Source: Octopus vulgaris
Lineage: Eukaryota
Direction: 5' to 3'
NCBI GenBank assembly: GCA_951406725.2
Contig: OX597828.1
Coordinates: 53,196,001 to 53,260,000, forward strand
DNA length: 64,000 nt
The notes below the pieces were generated by a model, which saw only the letters and a list, made by a program, of their open reading frames with translations, had not been told where the DNA came from and ran no database searches. Below, one piece after another: positions 1 through 14,315 of the stretch (the first letter of the stretch is position 1; every line of letters starts with the position of its first letter). Position numbers and translations under genes: made by a program.

Positions 1-590
1 GCTAGACACTATGACGGTGACGTCGTCCACGTATGCAGACACGCTCGTCCCGCAACCTAATTCTCGCGGGATGCCCCTCAGAGTTGCCAGCTTCCGCAAT
101 AATAACTCCACGGTCAATACGTAGAGAAGCAACGAGAGGGGACATCCCTGACGAACCGAACGTGCAATGTCGAAAGGTCTCGGTAGATGTCCATTTACGC
201 GAATTACCGAACGGATGCCTCTGTACAAAGCGGCTATCCAGCCGCGGAAGACGGGACCGAAACCAGCCGCTCTGAGGACAGCCTCCAAGTACCGGTGGTC
301 TACCCTATCGAAAGATTTCGATTGATCCAAATTGATCAGGGCCCCACCCATGCAATGTTCCTTAACTATCCTGTCTATGATGTAGTGCATCAGATGGTGG
401 TTGTCATGGATGCTCCGACCCCGCCCGGCGCACATTTGCGCCCTGTCGACCAGTTTCTCGATGACAAGCGCCAACCTCTTGGTTAACACTTGGCCAAAAT
501 TTTCAAATCTGCATTAAACAGAATGATGGGCCTAAGTTTATCTATTACGACCCCTTGTTTAGATCTTTCTTCAGCAGTGGTACGGCTCCT
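1..590 (-). pseudogene. L1/Tx1-clade LINE reverse transcriptase fragment (runs off window start)
   Basis: Manual minus-strand translation gives LRPIILFNADLKILAKVLTKRL...LINLDQSKSFDRVDHRYL...VRQGCPLSLLLYVL...SAYVDDVTVIV, i.e. L1-type RT motifs (RPI.L.N.D.KI, DxxKAFDRV, QGCPLS, YxDD). Confidence 0.88.
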
Positions 591-643
591 CGGCTCACAA
601 AACCAGGGATGCTCCCGTTTTGCTGCCAGTTGCAGTAAGGTTG

Positions 644-789
644 CGTAATGCTTCGCGGTATTTCGTCTGCCGCTACGTTCTGAGTTCAAATTCCACTAAG
701 GTCGACTTGACCTTTTCTCCTTTCGGGGTCGATTAAATAAGTACTAGTTACGTTCCCTCCTTCAATCTGCCCTTGCTGCAAAAATTTTG

Positions 790-795
<6 letters not shown>
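644..795 (+). mobile_element. SINE family A, degenerate 5'-truncated copy
   Basis: GGTATTTCGTCTGCCGCTACGTTCTGAGTTCAAATTCC...TTTCGGGGTCGAT matches the full copy at 26044. Confidence 0.8.
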
Positions 796-850
<55 letters not shown>

Positions 851-852
851 GA

Positions 853-1040
853 AAGTGGCGAGTTGACGGATTCGCTACTACGCCAGGCAAAATGCTTAAG
901 GGCATTTTATTCCACTGAGGTCGACTTTAACTTCCATCGTTTCGAGGTCTATAAAGTCATTTGAGTAGTGGGGTCGATGCAATCCACTTACCCACTCTCC
1001 AACTCCAAGCTTACTGGCCTCGCACCAAAATATGAAATCA
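853..1040 (+). mobile_element. SINE family A, old degenerate copy with alternative tail
   Basis: GGCGAGTTG...CGCCAGGCAAAATGCTT...GAGGTCGACTTT...GGCCTCGCACCAAAATATGAAA; diverged match to family A. Confidence 0.6.
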
Positions 1041-2610
1041 ATATAAATCTGCAGAAGACCATTAGCACCATTTTCAGAAATTAGAACACCTAATATCGAC
1101 ACCTTTGTGTGCATCTAGAATTTCATCAGAGTTCATTTATAGCTGATGCCACCATAGGTTGATGGCACCATTATCAAGGACATGAATTTTCTGTCGACAT
1201 TACTCTTAAAGATCTCCCAAACCTAACACTCACTGTACGAATCTGTAAAAGAGGGCTTCTAACAGGCTGTTTTACTTGCAGAAAATGCAGTTACATTTCC
1301 CTCAAATTCCACATGACTTTAACGTAGTCTTTTGATTCCTATACATAGAGAAAAGACGGGGTTGCCATGGCTGGAATGCTTTGATAAGCAGTTTACTTTC
1401 CTGATCAACTTTGACTTAGTTTTAAGCAACACCAATAACGCGATTTCCATCGCCAGTGGCTGCCCTTCCAGCCATGCCTATTCTCACATACACCATCCAG
1501 TACCACACCCCAAATCATGTTTACACCTTCACCACCACCACCACCACCACCACCACCACTACCACCACTACCATCGTAACTAACCCCCTACCACCCCACC
1601 CCAGCACCACCACTTTCTCCAATCTCTGCTGCAGTTAGATGCAATGTAAACACCACAACCAACTACAATACAACCAATACAAACACGTCCCATAACCACT
1701 ACGACAACCACCACCGCAACAATTTCTCCACCGTCGTTAACTACTGACACCACCATCAACATGATTATATCCATTATCACAATTAGTACCACCACCTTCA
1801 CCACCACTACAACACCACTGCTACCACCACAACCACCACCACCAGTACCGCTGCGATTACAACTGTGACCTACACCTTCACGCTATCACTGCTACAATTA
1901 ACATTAGAGCTACTACCGTCACCACGTTTATCACCACCTCAACCACAACCACAGCTACCACTAGCACTACCATCATACCACTGCAACCATCACCACAATA
2001 GCCGCCACCTTTACCATTACCATCACCACCATCACCAACATCATCATTACCACCACCGTCAATACCATCCCCAATAACACCACCGCCATTGCTATTACAA
2101 AACCACCATTGCCGCCTCAAACATTCAATCGTCCTCCTTCATACGTAACTCTTACCCCCTCCGCCGATCCAAAATCCCCCCCCCCCGCATCTACCAATTT
2201 ATGCATCACACCAATTCCAATGACTCTATGCCTGTTAATTTCCTTGTGATTTCCCGCCATCCTCAACACATGAAGGTCTGCTTTGAACACTTCGACTTCC
2301 GCTGGCTACAATACATTGCCGGTTTTCAATTTCCGCTCGCCATCTCCCCCCTCCACCTCCACCTCCTGCTACTACAGCTGTAGACCACCATACCACTGCT
2401 GCTGCTGATACTGCAAATACTACTAACTGCATCTCAAATTATTGCTGTTGCTGTTAGTTCTGTTCGTGTTGCTGCCGCTGCTGCTGCGGGAACGACTCCT
2501 GACAGCTGTGTCTTATCTTATTGTTATTTCTATTGCAGTTATTGTTTTTTCGCTCTCACCGCAACCGCCACCAGCTGGATCCACTGTTGTTGTTGTCGTG
2601 GTTGCTGTTG

Positions 2611-2664
<54 letters not shown>

Positions 2665-3281
2665 TTCCATGCTAACGTTGATGTGCCTCAATGTTTATTT
2701 ACAATTTATTCTTTGTTCTATTTGTTACTTTTAGTGTTTCTATAACTTGCGGTTGTTTTCATCGTTGTTACTGTTATTTTTTGTTATCATGCCCATACTG
2801 TGTTTGTTGTTGTTGTTGTTGTTGTTGAAGCTATTGGTTGGGGGGAGGGAGAGGAGAGGTAGGGAAGGCAGCCATTTTTAGCTACAGAGGCATTACTGTT
2901 GATATTGTTACTATTGTTATTATTATTATTATTATTATATTCGTTTTAATACCTAACTTTGTTGTCGTTATCGTTGCTATGTTGATATTCGTATTATTGC
3001 TGTTTTTCTTAATCACGTGGTCGCTACAGTTACCGTTATTGATGTTGTTGTTGTTCTTTTTATTATTATTCCTTTTCTTCTTTATCTTATTCTTCTCCTT
3101 CCTCTTCTTCTTCTTCTTCTTCTTCTCCTTTTTCTTCTCCTTTTTCTTCTTCTTCTTCTTCTTCTTCTTGCTGTTTTTGCTGCTGTTGCTGTACTTACCG
3201 TTGTGGTTGTTGATGCTATTGTTCTTCTTGTAGATGTCACTGCAACAACTGCTGTTCCTGTTGTTGTGATTGTTGTTGTAG

Positions 3282-3427
<146 letters not shown>

Positions 3428-3731
3428 TGCGTTGCTGTAGTCGCTTGCTTTTTTTTAAAAAGAATTTAAAACAACATTTCTGTTTAATTCATGTGACATT
3501 TATCACTTCCATGATACACCCGCCACCGCTTGAAGTAGCAATTTCAGTGATGTTCCCACCGGTTCGACCCTGAGAAGATCGATCTTAGCCAAAGCATTTT
3601 CTATTAAAGATAACATCTAAGACCCTGTTAGTGTAAGTATGGTTGACGTTAGCGTTGAGTGGGGATGTAGCTTTGTCAAAAAGGGAAATTCTGCTAATAT
3701 TAGAATAGAAGATCTCCAGAATCTATAAACC

Positions 3732-3939
3732 TATTTCTTTATTACCCACAAGGGGCTAAACACAGAGGGGACAAACAAGGACAGACATAGGTATTAAGTC
3801 GATTACATCGACCCCAGTGCGTAACTGGTACTTAATTTATCGATCCCGAAAGGATAAAAGGCAAAGTCGACCTCGGCGGAATTTGAACTCACAACGTAAC
3901 GCAGACGTATTTCGCCCGGCGTGCTAACGTTTCTGCCAG
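3732..3939 (-). mobile_element. SINE family A with LINE-like tail, flanked by TSD
   Basis: Near-consensus body; direct repeat CCAGAATCTATAAACC at 3716-3731 and 3936-3951. Confidence 0.9.
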
Positions 3940-4044
3940 AATCTATAAACCGTGTACGAAACACTGAGGAGAAATGCAATATCACTGGCGAGAAAAAGCA
4001 ACCAAATCTCCCTCGAACTACACATTGTTGTCTCAATAGATTAT

Positions 4045-4250
4045 GCTGGAAGAATTGGTAGCACGCCGGGCAAAATGTTACGACCGTCCGAACGTTCTGA
4101 CTTCAAATTTCGACGGAGTCAACTTTGCTATTCATCCTTTCATGGTCGATGAAATAATTACCAGTTGAACATTGGTGGGGGGGTGGTGATTTAATCGACT
4201 CCGCACCTCCCCCAAATCTGCTGGTCTTGTGCCAAAAATTGAAGCTAATA
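4045..4250 (+). mobile_element. SINE family A, degenerate copy with alternative tail
   Basis: GCTGGAAGAATTGGTAGCACGCCGGGCAAAATG...TTCATCCTTT...GGTCTTGTGCCAAAAATTGAA. Confidence 0.7.
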
Positions 4251-4649
4251 GAAAGGATAGATTGGATAATATATCCTGAGAACACAATATTTGCTAAAAA
4301 TAGCAACCAAATTTCCTCTGCTAGAAACAGCAACGAATCTCCCTCAAACAACATATCACCGTTTTCAAAATTTAAAGGAAGGCGATTGAATACTGTATCA
4401 CAGAACCACAAAGGTGGCATAGTCGTGGTTTCAATGCCCTGGATTGTACGACTTTTTAATCAGGTCTGGCCTAGGGCTAAAAGAAACAGGGCGTGTCTGT
4501 TATTTAGCTTTTCCGTTTCACTTTCATTATCACTTTCATTTTGTGAGTTATTCTATTGTACAAAGATGTTCCAAACATCTGACGATCTCTTGTAACTGTG
4601 CAGGAACCAGATTTATTTCAAGCTGGAATATTGATCACACATTTAGACA

Positions 4650-5590
4650 TTTTCTTCCTTACATATAATGTCCACTGTCCACTCATAAATTAAATGAGTT
4701 GTATAGTTTGGTGATGATTTCTTTGTCATTCCGTTGTTGCTATTTAATTGGTCTGGACCCGTTACTTTCAAAGAATACCTTTACGAAACTTCATTTGCTG
4801 GTTACATCTTTCCCTGAACAATCAGGAATTGTTCATTCCTCTCAGATTTATTGCATCTTGCACTCGCAACTGCTAAATCGACGAAGTATTGTTGTTTTAT
4901 TCTTCCATCTCCAGTTTACGATCCACTATTCCCTTATTCTTCCTTAACAAAGGTATTATTGAGTTACTGACAAACACAGACAACCTATATCTACTCGAAT
5001 TACGTTAGATTGCCACATTTGTGCTTCATACAATTCATTTACTCCTTGCCTTAAGCCCTTCTATTAATGAACTAATCCTATGTTGTCTTCCCAAGGCACT
5101 GTCCACTCAAAATTCAGGGATGCTGAGTGGACGGTGCCCTGCTATAAAGAAAGGGCGTTACTCCCTTACTGTACTTCGGCTTAGTTTAACTCTTCTGCAC
5201 AGCTGAATCATTGGCAGAATGTACAAGTCAAGGTATCGTCTATCCTTTCTGCACGTGACTGTTATCCTTTCTCGCTCCCCCTATGACAAAACATCAGACT
5301 ACAAGTTTATGTTAATCCCCATTTCATTAACGCTGTTACATTGTTGATTTAGCGTAAGGATACCCCAGGATTTAATCTTAGCGATATTCTGGATAGAGCC
5401 TGCTGTTCAAGATGTCTCCTGTACCGCACTCTATTCATGCAGATTCTTGCACTGCATAAAACCAACCTTCCGTTGTGAGGTCTATTTCCAGTAAAATGCT
5501 CGTTGATCGTGAATTCCTAAATGGTAGTCTCTTAAAGCAAGAGGTTTAAGACACTGAATTAGACGGCCCTTCACAATATCATCGATGTAC
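4650..5590 (-). pseudogene. Possible heavily decayed RLE-type (R4/Dong-like) LINE C-terminal region
   Basis: Complex non-microsatellite sequence; broken minus-strand peptides TTEGWFYAVQESA..RVRYRRHLEQ and KTTIL(V)DLAVAS resemble the ETEG..A.QDQ and ..IDVAVP motifs of RLE elements. Many stops and frameshifts. Confidence 0.3.
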
Positions 5591-5673
5591 GTGTATGAAT
5601 ACATTAAAACCTCCCCCATATTGATGCACGAGCAGAACAATAATAATAAATACTGTCCTATTACATACTTGTC

Positions 5674-5712
<39 letters not shown>

Positions 5713-6844
5713 TATATACACACACATATACATACATATACATAGTACATATATTCATTCATATATGTATAATATAAATTTAGCTACGTATCTCTTCTTA
5801 TATATATACATATATATATATATATTAAGCAGCAGTTATATAGTGACTATAGAAGTCTATTAGTACAAAAATAACTATATAATAATATACCATAATAATA
5901 TATATACTCCGATTTAAAGCGACATTTATATATAAATGTCGCTTTAATCTGTTTATATATACTATTATTATTATTATGATACATTATATAGTTATATATA
6001 CATACACCTACGCATAAATACAATATATTTATCTGTGTACATACGCAGGAACACAGATGCATTTTTATCTGCGCATGTGTCGATAAGTATAAGAGCAGTT
6101 TTTCTTTCTTTCTCCTTATATGGAGGGTGAAGCTGATGTCTTTTGTCTCCAAAGAGGAAATGTTTTTTTGCGAAATTTTTCCATTCTCGTTTTTATTATT
6201 GTTTTTTTCTTTACCTAGAATGATCCCAACTGACGTTTACATGGTTGGGAACCACATAACTAGAGATGCTGGCACTCGTCTGATGCACCGGAAGCAGGAT
6301 GCAGAGACAAAAACAACAACAACAACAACAACAGCAACAACGACAATCGAAAACAATAAAACTACAGTAACAAAATCAACAACTATAAAGACAGCAACTA
6401 ATTTCACCATCACCACAACCACCACCACTACCACCACAACCACCACCACCAGAACAACAACTATCACCAGAATCCAAATGCTACTACCACTACTACTACT
6501 ACTGCTATTACTGCTGCTGCTGTTGCTGCTACCACCACCACCACCACCACCACCACCACCACCACGACTACCACCACCATCACCACTACTACTACTACCA
6601 CCACCATGTGCATGTATATAATCACACACTCATATAGAGTCTTTTATCTTTTCTTTAGTCTTGTATTAGCGCCATGCTGGAGCATCGTCTGCAAAGGATT
6701 TCAGTCCAGTGTATCAACTCCACCCTTTACTTTGTAGAATAGTTTCTTTTATCGAGGACTCTAACATTAAGTTAGAGGACATAAACAAAGAAACACTGGT
6801 TAATCCTGAATGCACCTAAAATGCATATAAGAAACACTTGTAAG

Positions 6845-7207
6845 TCGACATGTCCGAAAGATCCAGTATAGACAGCAATGGCCACAAAACATTTCCCTGA
6901 GGCACCGCACTTGCTATCACTGTCTCCTCTGAGAGGGCCTCATTGGCTGCCACCGCCTGGTTTCTGTCTTTTAAAGAGTTATATAACCACTCTTCCGGCT
7001 TTTATACTATGTCGAGTTTCCGTAGCTTGTGACATATCATCCCATGATCAACCTTATGAAAGACCTTTGCAAAATCAAGATATATCACACCCGTGTTTGA
7101 ACGATTCATAAATTGTGTTCCAACATCCAAACATAATGCAGCAGAGGCGATGTAATAAAGCTTCTTCCTTAGCTGAAGCCTTGCTGGGTGTCAGGAAGAA
7201 AGTCACT
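6845..7207 (-). pseudogene. CR1/L2-group LINE reverse transcriptase fragment
   Basis: Minus-strand translation: FLPDTQQGFS*GRS...GVIYLDFAKVFHKVDHGMICHKLRKL...KDRNQAVAANEALS...SAVPQGNVLWPLL (QHGF, YLDFxKAFD, VPQGSVLGP motifs). Confidence 0.85.
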
Positions 7208-7325
7208 ATATGTGTGCATGTGTTTGTGTGTGTGTATGCGTGGCTGTGTAGCTGTGTGTGTACTTGTTTATACACACACATATATACATGCATATATACA
7301 TATATATGTATGTCCGAGTCAGACG

Positions 7326-7511
7326 CCATGATAGATCGTTAGCCACTACACACATTTTTTTCTCTTCTTGTTTTTCTGTGTATCTTTCTGTAGAAGAGCG
7401 TAGACTCGAAACGTAAAAGCCTTTATCTATTCCTGAGCGTTATACTAATACATCTGTTTGTTTTGTACACCACCTGTCTTCGTCTTTCGTTTTTTTCGTA
7501 AACTTTCCCCA
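7326..7511 (+). mobile_element. Solo Penelope-type terminal repeat (pLTR) with hammerhead-like motif
   Basis: Aligns with 23392-23584, which abuts the Penelope RT/GIY-YIG remnant; ends in (TA)n; HHR-like motif at 7384-7419. Confidence 0.75.
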
Positions 7512-7561
7512 TATATATATATATATATATATATACATACACACGCATACATCTATCTATC

Positions 7562-7612
<51 letters not shown>

Positions 7613-8814
7613 AATCTATACCTGTATATCTCTTTCATGCACGTGCATACATTCATATACACTCTCCTTGACAATCAACCTCAACACCACGCCCTACTTC
7701 TACTCATACATCCACACTATCACGAGCACCACTAATCACACCAGCATGACCACTATCTTACCAATCTTTACCATTACTACTACTACTACTACTACTACTA
7801 CCCTCACCACTATCACCTATACCCTCATTAACGCCTCTACTATGTTACTGCTAAAACCGATGTACCACTAGTACGATCAATATATCCAAATGACAGAACT
7901 ACCTCCACCACAACCACCATCACCACCCACACTGTACTGCAACACTTTCAATACCAAACAAAATCCGCCCCGCCCGCACCCCCAGCATCAACCTTTCTAT
8001 TGCTATGACCATCTCTGCCATCACCACAACCACTACCAACACGAACCATCATTACGAACCAGACAAACCTCATTGTCACCGCCATTCAATATTCAAGCCA
8101 CCATCACTACCAATTAAGTAGCACCACCGCCACCATCAACATCATCATCATCATCATCATCATCATCTGTCTTATCTCTCCTCTTCAAAAGGAGATCACA
8201 GCTGTTGATGTTTCCTCCTCTCGTATCTGATGGTTGTCTTCTGGCTTTTAAAATATTTCTCCAAGACCCCTTCCTCTCCCTCCTTCCTCCTTTTCCTCAT
8301 GCTCCTTAACCATTTCTCTCTCTCTTTCTCTCTCTCTTTCACTCTCTTTCTCTTTCCCCTTCTCTTCCGTTCTCTTTCATTATCGATAAAACAATCTAGG
8401 ATTTGATCTCAAGATCTCTAGATCTACCAAATAAAACACATTTATTTATTTTTTTTTTATTTCTTGTTTATGAACACCAATCCAGATCGAAACTTCAACA
8501 CATCAAAGAAAATATCTCCCGCCACTACCACCATCACCACCACCACCACTTCCATCTCCATCACCAATACTGACAACAACAACAGCAAGATACCTATAGA
8601 GTTAATGCTATGACCAGAACCACAAGCTCACCACCACCACTACTACTATCACTTCTATCTCCAACAACACCACCACAACTACGGCCACCAACTATAACGA
8701 GATTCGGTGTATTCGTTAATGACACTAAACCACACTTAGTAGCAAGAACAACAACAACAACAACAACAACAAGAGTACATGTAACAGCTGCAATTAAGAA
8801 TCATTAATAGGTTC

Positions 8815-8925
8815 ACCAACACCACAGCCACCACTACAAACACAACCACCAACACCACAGCCACCACTACAAACACAACCACCAACACCACAGCCACCAC
8901 TACAAACACAACCACCAACACCACC
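8815..8925. repeat. 33-bp minisatellite, about 3 copies
   Basis: ACCAACACCACAGCCACCACTACAAACACAACC repeated in tandem. Confidence 0.85.
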
Positions 8926-9432
8926 GCCACCATCGACAACAGCAGCAATAACAAAAATACAGCAAAACTAATAACAACAGCAGTAGTGACCAAGGCCAGA
9001 TTTATAGGCGGGCAATAGTTAACTAGTATGTATTTCGTTGACGTTCGGACAAGTGTACGACCAAGTTGACCAAAGCGTCGTTTGAACATAATATCAGCGA
9101 TATCGAGTATATATTATATTCATACCAAATACGTGACAAACGACTTTGCAGTCCTCATGTATACACACGTGAAGGGACACGCACACACACACAAACACAC
9201 ATACACACACACACACACTCACACATACACACACATGCACGCGCATATATATATTAATGCATTACCATTACTGTTTCTTAACCCTCTTGAGTTGTCGTTC
9301 TTTCTGTCATCTCAGGTTTTCTTTCATCCCTCTATCCATCACCGTCATGAGCCAGTGTTTTATTGGCAAAGCGACCTTTCCAAGGTACTGTATATGTATG
9401 TATGTATGTGTGTGTGTGTGTCTGTATGTATG

Positions 9433-9471
<39 letters not shown>

Positions 9472-9475
<4 letters not shown>

Positions 9476-9665
9476 AGAGCTTACGAAAAAAACAAAAGAC
9501 GAAGACAGGTGGCGTACAAAACAAACAGATGTATTAGTATAACGCTCAGGAATAGAAAAAGTCTTTTACATTTCGAGCCTACGCTCTTCTACAGAAAGGG
9601 ACACAGAAAAAACAAAGAGAGAAAAAAAAGGAGAAAAAAATGTGTGTAGTGGCTAACGATCTATC
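9472..9665 (-). mobile_element. Solo Penelope-type pLTR with hammerhead-like motif
   Basis: Reverse complement of the 7326-7511 family; HHR-like motif at 9563-9598. Confidence 0.75.
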
Positions 9666-9681
9666 TACATATATTGTTGTC

Positions 9682-9977
9682 GTGAAGGCGCATGGCTTTC
9701 TATCATGAGGTTGTGTTTTCGAATCCCGGACCGGGCTGCATGTTGTGTTCTTGAGCAAGACACTTTATTTCACGTTGTCCCACTTCACTCAGCTGTAGAA
9801 ATGAGTTGCGACGTCACAGGTGCCAAGCTGTATCGGTCATTGCCTTTCCCTTGGGTAACATCGGTGGCGTGGAGAGGGGAAGCCGGTATGCATGGGAGAC
9901 TGCTGGTCTACCATAAACAACCTTGCCCGGACTTGTGCCTGTGCAATCCCATGGTCAGTCATGACCGAAGGGGGTCA
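9682..9977 (+). mobile_element. SINE family C (tRNA head, GTG(T/C)CTTGAGCAAGACAC core)
   Basis: GTGAAGGCGCATGGCT head, B-box-like TTCGAATCC, core shared with 43951-44266 and 30090-30300. Confidence 0.7.
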
Positions 9978-10050
9978 TGTGTGTGTGTGTGTGTGTGTTA
10001 CTATATAAATGTTACCAACTGTCTACTGTAATTACTGACGGCACGTGCCT

Positions 10051-10132
<82 letters not shown>

Positions 10133-10312
10133 CATGCACATGCATATTCATTTGCACACAGACACACTGACACACACAATATGCACTAAGTTATTCCTAA
10201 TATATCAATATTCTCATCATCATTATCATCATTATCATCGTCATCATTACCAACAATACTATTAATATTGAAAACCAGCTATAGGTCTGGGTGCGTGTAA
10301 CTGTTAATATTC

Positions 10313-10347
<35 letters not shown>

Positions 10348-10478
10348 GAATTCGTGTTGCAAGATTCCTGATGTGAAGTTGTGTGTTGAAACGTTTTTTT
10401 TTTTCGCGAAATAAACACACGCACTGTATATTCGTTCTTCAAACGTTTATCACAGTTCTTGTTGTAACTCATGTCCAT

Positions 10479-10523
10479 TGTTCGGAAATCTTTCGTCACT
10501 CATCCGTAACTTCCTCAGCGACA
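10479..10523 (-). ncRNA. Putative type I hammerhead ribozyme
   Basis: Minus strand: TGTCG-CTGAGGA-A-GTTAC-GGATGA-GTGAC-GAAA-GATT-TC-CGAACA; intact core, 5-bp stem II, stem I with one bulge. Confidence 0.6.
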
Positions 10524-10554
10524 CATGAAGATAGAAATAGATATACTCTGGTGT

Positions 10555-10990
10555 ATATATACACTAGAGTAAGCACATAAATGTGAAACAAGATAGGAAA
10601 AATAGTACTCGAATACCGGAAGTTGAGTAATATGCTTTATTATTAAGGCGGCGTGCTAGCAGAAACGTTAGTACGCTGGGCGAAATACTTAGCGGTATTT
10701 CGTCTGTCTTTACGTTTCAAGTTAAAATTCCACCGAGGTCGACTTTGCTTATCATCCTTTCAGGTCGATAAATTAAATACCAGTTGCGTACTGGAATCGA
10801 TCTAATTGACTGAACCCCGCTCTTCAAAGATTTCGGGCCTTGTGCCTTGAGTAGAAAACAACAGAATGGGATTTATTATTAAAGCTGCAAAAACATCACA
10901 ATAATCTCACAAAAAACTGCTACGGGAACATGAAACTTTGAACGGAATTTTTAAATATATTTTTGTGATGTTTTTCCAGTTTTAATAATA
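10555..10990 (-). mobile_element. Short element related to 35385-35683, interrupted by a family A SINE
   Basis: 10555-10645 is the reverse complement of 35605-35690; resumes at 10872 with an imperfect inverted repeat (AAAAACATCACA / TGTGATGTTTTT). Confidence 0.6.
10646..10860 (+). mobile_element. SINE family A, full length, alternative tail
   Basis: GGCGGCGTGCTAGCAGAAACGTTAG head to TTTCGGGCCTTGTGCCTTGAGTAGAA tail; TTTATTATTAA on both flanks. Confidence 0.85.
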
Positions 10991-11142
10991 ATAATAATAA
11001 TAATAATAATATATACACACATTCATACATACATACATACATGATGGCCGTCCACTCGTGACCGAGGAAGACCATTGCCGACCTTCAGGAACATTGCGCG
11101 CTCTAGGACTAACTTATATACATACATACATATATACATACA

Positions 11143-11546
<404 letters not shown>

Positions 11547-11642
11547 TACTTAAATTTTCCTCGAATGAGGCTTTTACATGCCGAAGACTACTTGGTGTAA
11601 TTGATAATTATTCCAAATTAATTAATTTCACCCTTCATTATT

Positions 11643-11702
<60 letters not shown>

Positions 11703-11799
11703 ATATCTATATATGCATTTAGATATACGGATGTGTGAATGTATATATTCATATCTACGTATATATCTGAGTAGATTATTACAATTTAGCTTGTAACGC

Positions 11800-11830
<31 letters not shown>

Positions 11831-12077
11831 GTATGTGTGTGTGTGCGTGTGCATGTGCAACCATTAGTATTCTGTTATGACCAAGCACCTTGTACGTTTT
11901 TACAGATGTATGTATCTATGTTTGGGTCTATAATATAAGCATATATGTAATTTATATATGTATCTGTATCTGTACATACATATTTATGTAAAACTATATC
12001 TATGCAATTATGTGTGTACGCATCTATGGTATGCTTCTATGGACGTGTGTATAACCCTAACTATGTATTATGAATGA

Positions 12078-12156
<79 letters not shown>

Positions 12157-12905
12157 AGTGTGTGTGAAAGAAAGGAACGTGAATGTGTACATACTTGCGT
12201 AGGTAATTTATGCAAGACATGCGTATGTATGTATAAGTGTGCGTATGAAATAACATAAATATATGTCTATATGTATCTTGGTATATTTTCATACAAAACT
12301 GTGTGTGCGTACATATGAATCATTGCATTTATGAATATGTATGTTTATGTGTGTGTGTGTGTGTGTGTGTAACGCAAATCTAAGTGTATTTTTGTAAAGG
12401 AATGTTTGCATGCAAAACCTTGTGTGCCTATGTTATTGTGTTTGCGTGTAAGTGCGTGTGTGTATGTATGTGTGTGTGTGTGTGTGTGTGCTTGTGAATG
12501 CGTTGGAAGTAAAGGCACCATTATCAAACTCTGTAATCAGGGGGGGGGATATATTTATTGATCTATTGATCTATTGATGTATTGGGTCTTACTTTTAATA
12601 AGTGTCAGATACTTTCCCACATTATCGACGGCGGTAAAATGTTTTTGCGAAATTGTATGGAAATTGACATAAACATACACCACACGCGCGCACGCATCTA
12701 CATACATACACACACACCACACATACACGCGCACAAAGACACACATGTTCTAACTCACATTAAACTCACACGCACACATTTATATATTCACATACATATT
12801 GATATTAATAAAAAGCAGTTTACCATTGAGCACAAACCTCTATATTGCGAATACGTTTCCCAGTTGCAGATAACTCACATCTCTTTCTCTCTCTCTCTCC
12901 CTCGA

Positions 12906-12944
<39 letters not shown>

Positions 12945-13084
12945 GTCTATCTGTGTCTCTTCTATCTAAATACATACACACACATATAAATATATAAGTA
13001 TGTATATATGTACATATATATTTATATATACATATATATATACATACATATATATGTGTGTGTGTGTGTGTGTGTGTATCGATT

Positions 13085-13175
13085 AAGACGTTTGGGCGCG
13101 GCTGTTTGGGCGCGACTTTTTGGGTGCAGCTGTTTTGGGCGTTACGGCTGTTTGGTGCAGTTGTTTGGACACTTG
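13085..13175. repeat. Short degenerate tandem array (GTTTGGGCGC-like), probably a DNA transposon subterminal repeat
   Basis: About 6 variants of G(C)TGTTTGGGCGC. Confidence 0.4.
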
Positions 13176-13331
13176 CAATTTAGCACAATTCTTTTTACAT
13201 TGAAGCTGTTTTGGCTTTTTTGGGTGAGAGTACTTTTAGCCTTAAAGACAAGCAGACGCACACACACATATAAACATACACACACCCATGGCCAGTAATA
13301 TATACACACGGATAGACAGACAGACAGATAT

Positions 13332-13364
<33 letters not shown>

Positions 13365-13377
13365 TAGATAGACAGAC

Positions 13378-13449
<72 letters not shown>

Positions 13450-14315
13450 TATTTATAAAATAAATCTAATTTTTGTACCTCTATAAATTCATACTTAGCT
13501 TATATAAAACAGTACTCGTATATTCACTACTTATAATAAACTGCTTAGATTATAATTTAATTAATATATAGTTAGCATGTTCTTTTACTTCAGTACTCCT
13601 TTATTAAATACCAGTATATACCAATTGATCAATATTCACAGACACTACCTGATAAGTTAGTATTTAGGTATATAATATGTATAAATATTAAACTATTTCT
13701 GGATAATTTTCTTTTCCCCCCTTTATTGTGGTAAAAGTTTGGTATATACTCAAAAGTATTCATAAAACATTTTATCGTTTTGTTATAATATTCTTCTTAA
13801 TTATTCTCTGAATAACCCTAAACTTTAACTTTATACAATATAGCAATATTATTTAAAATATTTAGCTGTAGTACCACGTGGTAAGATGTCCCCTGTTTCA
13901 TTATCAATGGTCTGCTAGTGGCCGGTCCCCTTAATTGTCAGCTAACATCTTGATTTAAGTTTTTCCTTTACCAAATCTCTTCACTGCGGCGTTTATGTTG
14001 ACCATATCGCGCGTGGAGCTGTTAAGCGGGCAATTTAAGCTGGTCTTGTACATACGTGCACATGAGAGACGGAGAGAGAGAGAGAAATACGTAGAAGCGG
14101 AGAGACATATTCATACTATCACAATGGCATACACAAACTTAAATACATATGCATACATACACTTACACATAAATACATTCAGCCGATCAAACGAATACAT
14201 GCATACGCAGTCGTATATACATTTTAAAAGGAAAAGAAATTTCAACAAGAAAAATATTAGTAAAATATTTGCAAAATATTTCAAACGAAATATGTAAACA
14301 ACAACAAATGTCATA

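Noticed and set aside
5570-5590. YIDD motif suggesting an RT active site
   Set aside because: No flanking RT motifs; likely chance at the edge of a decayed region.
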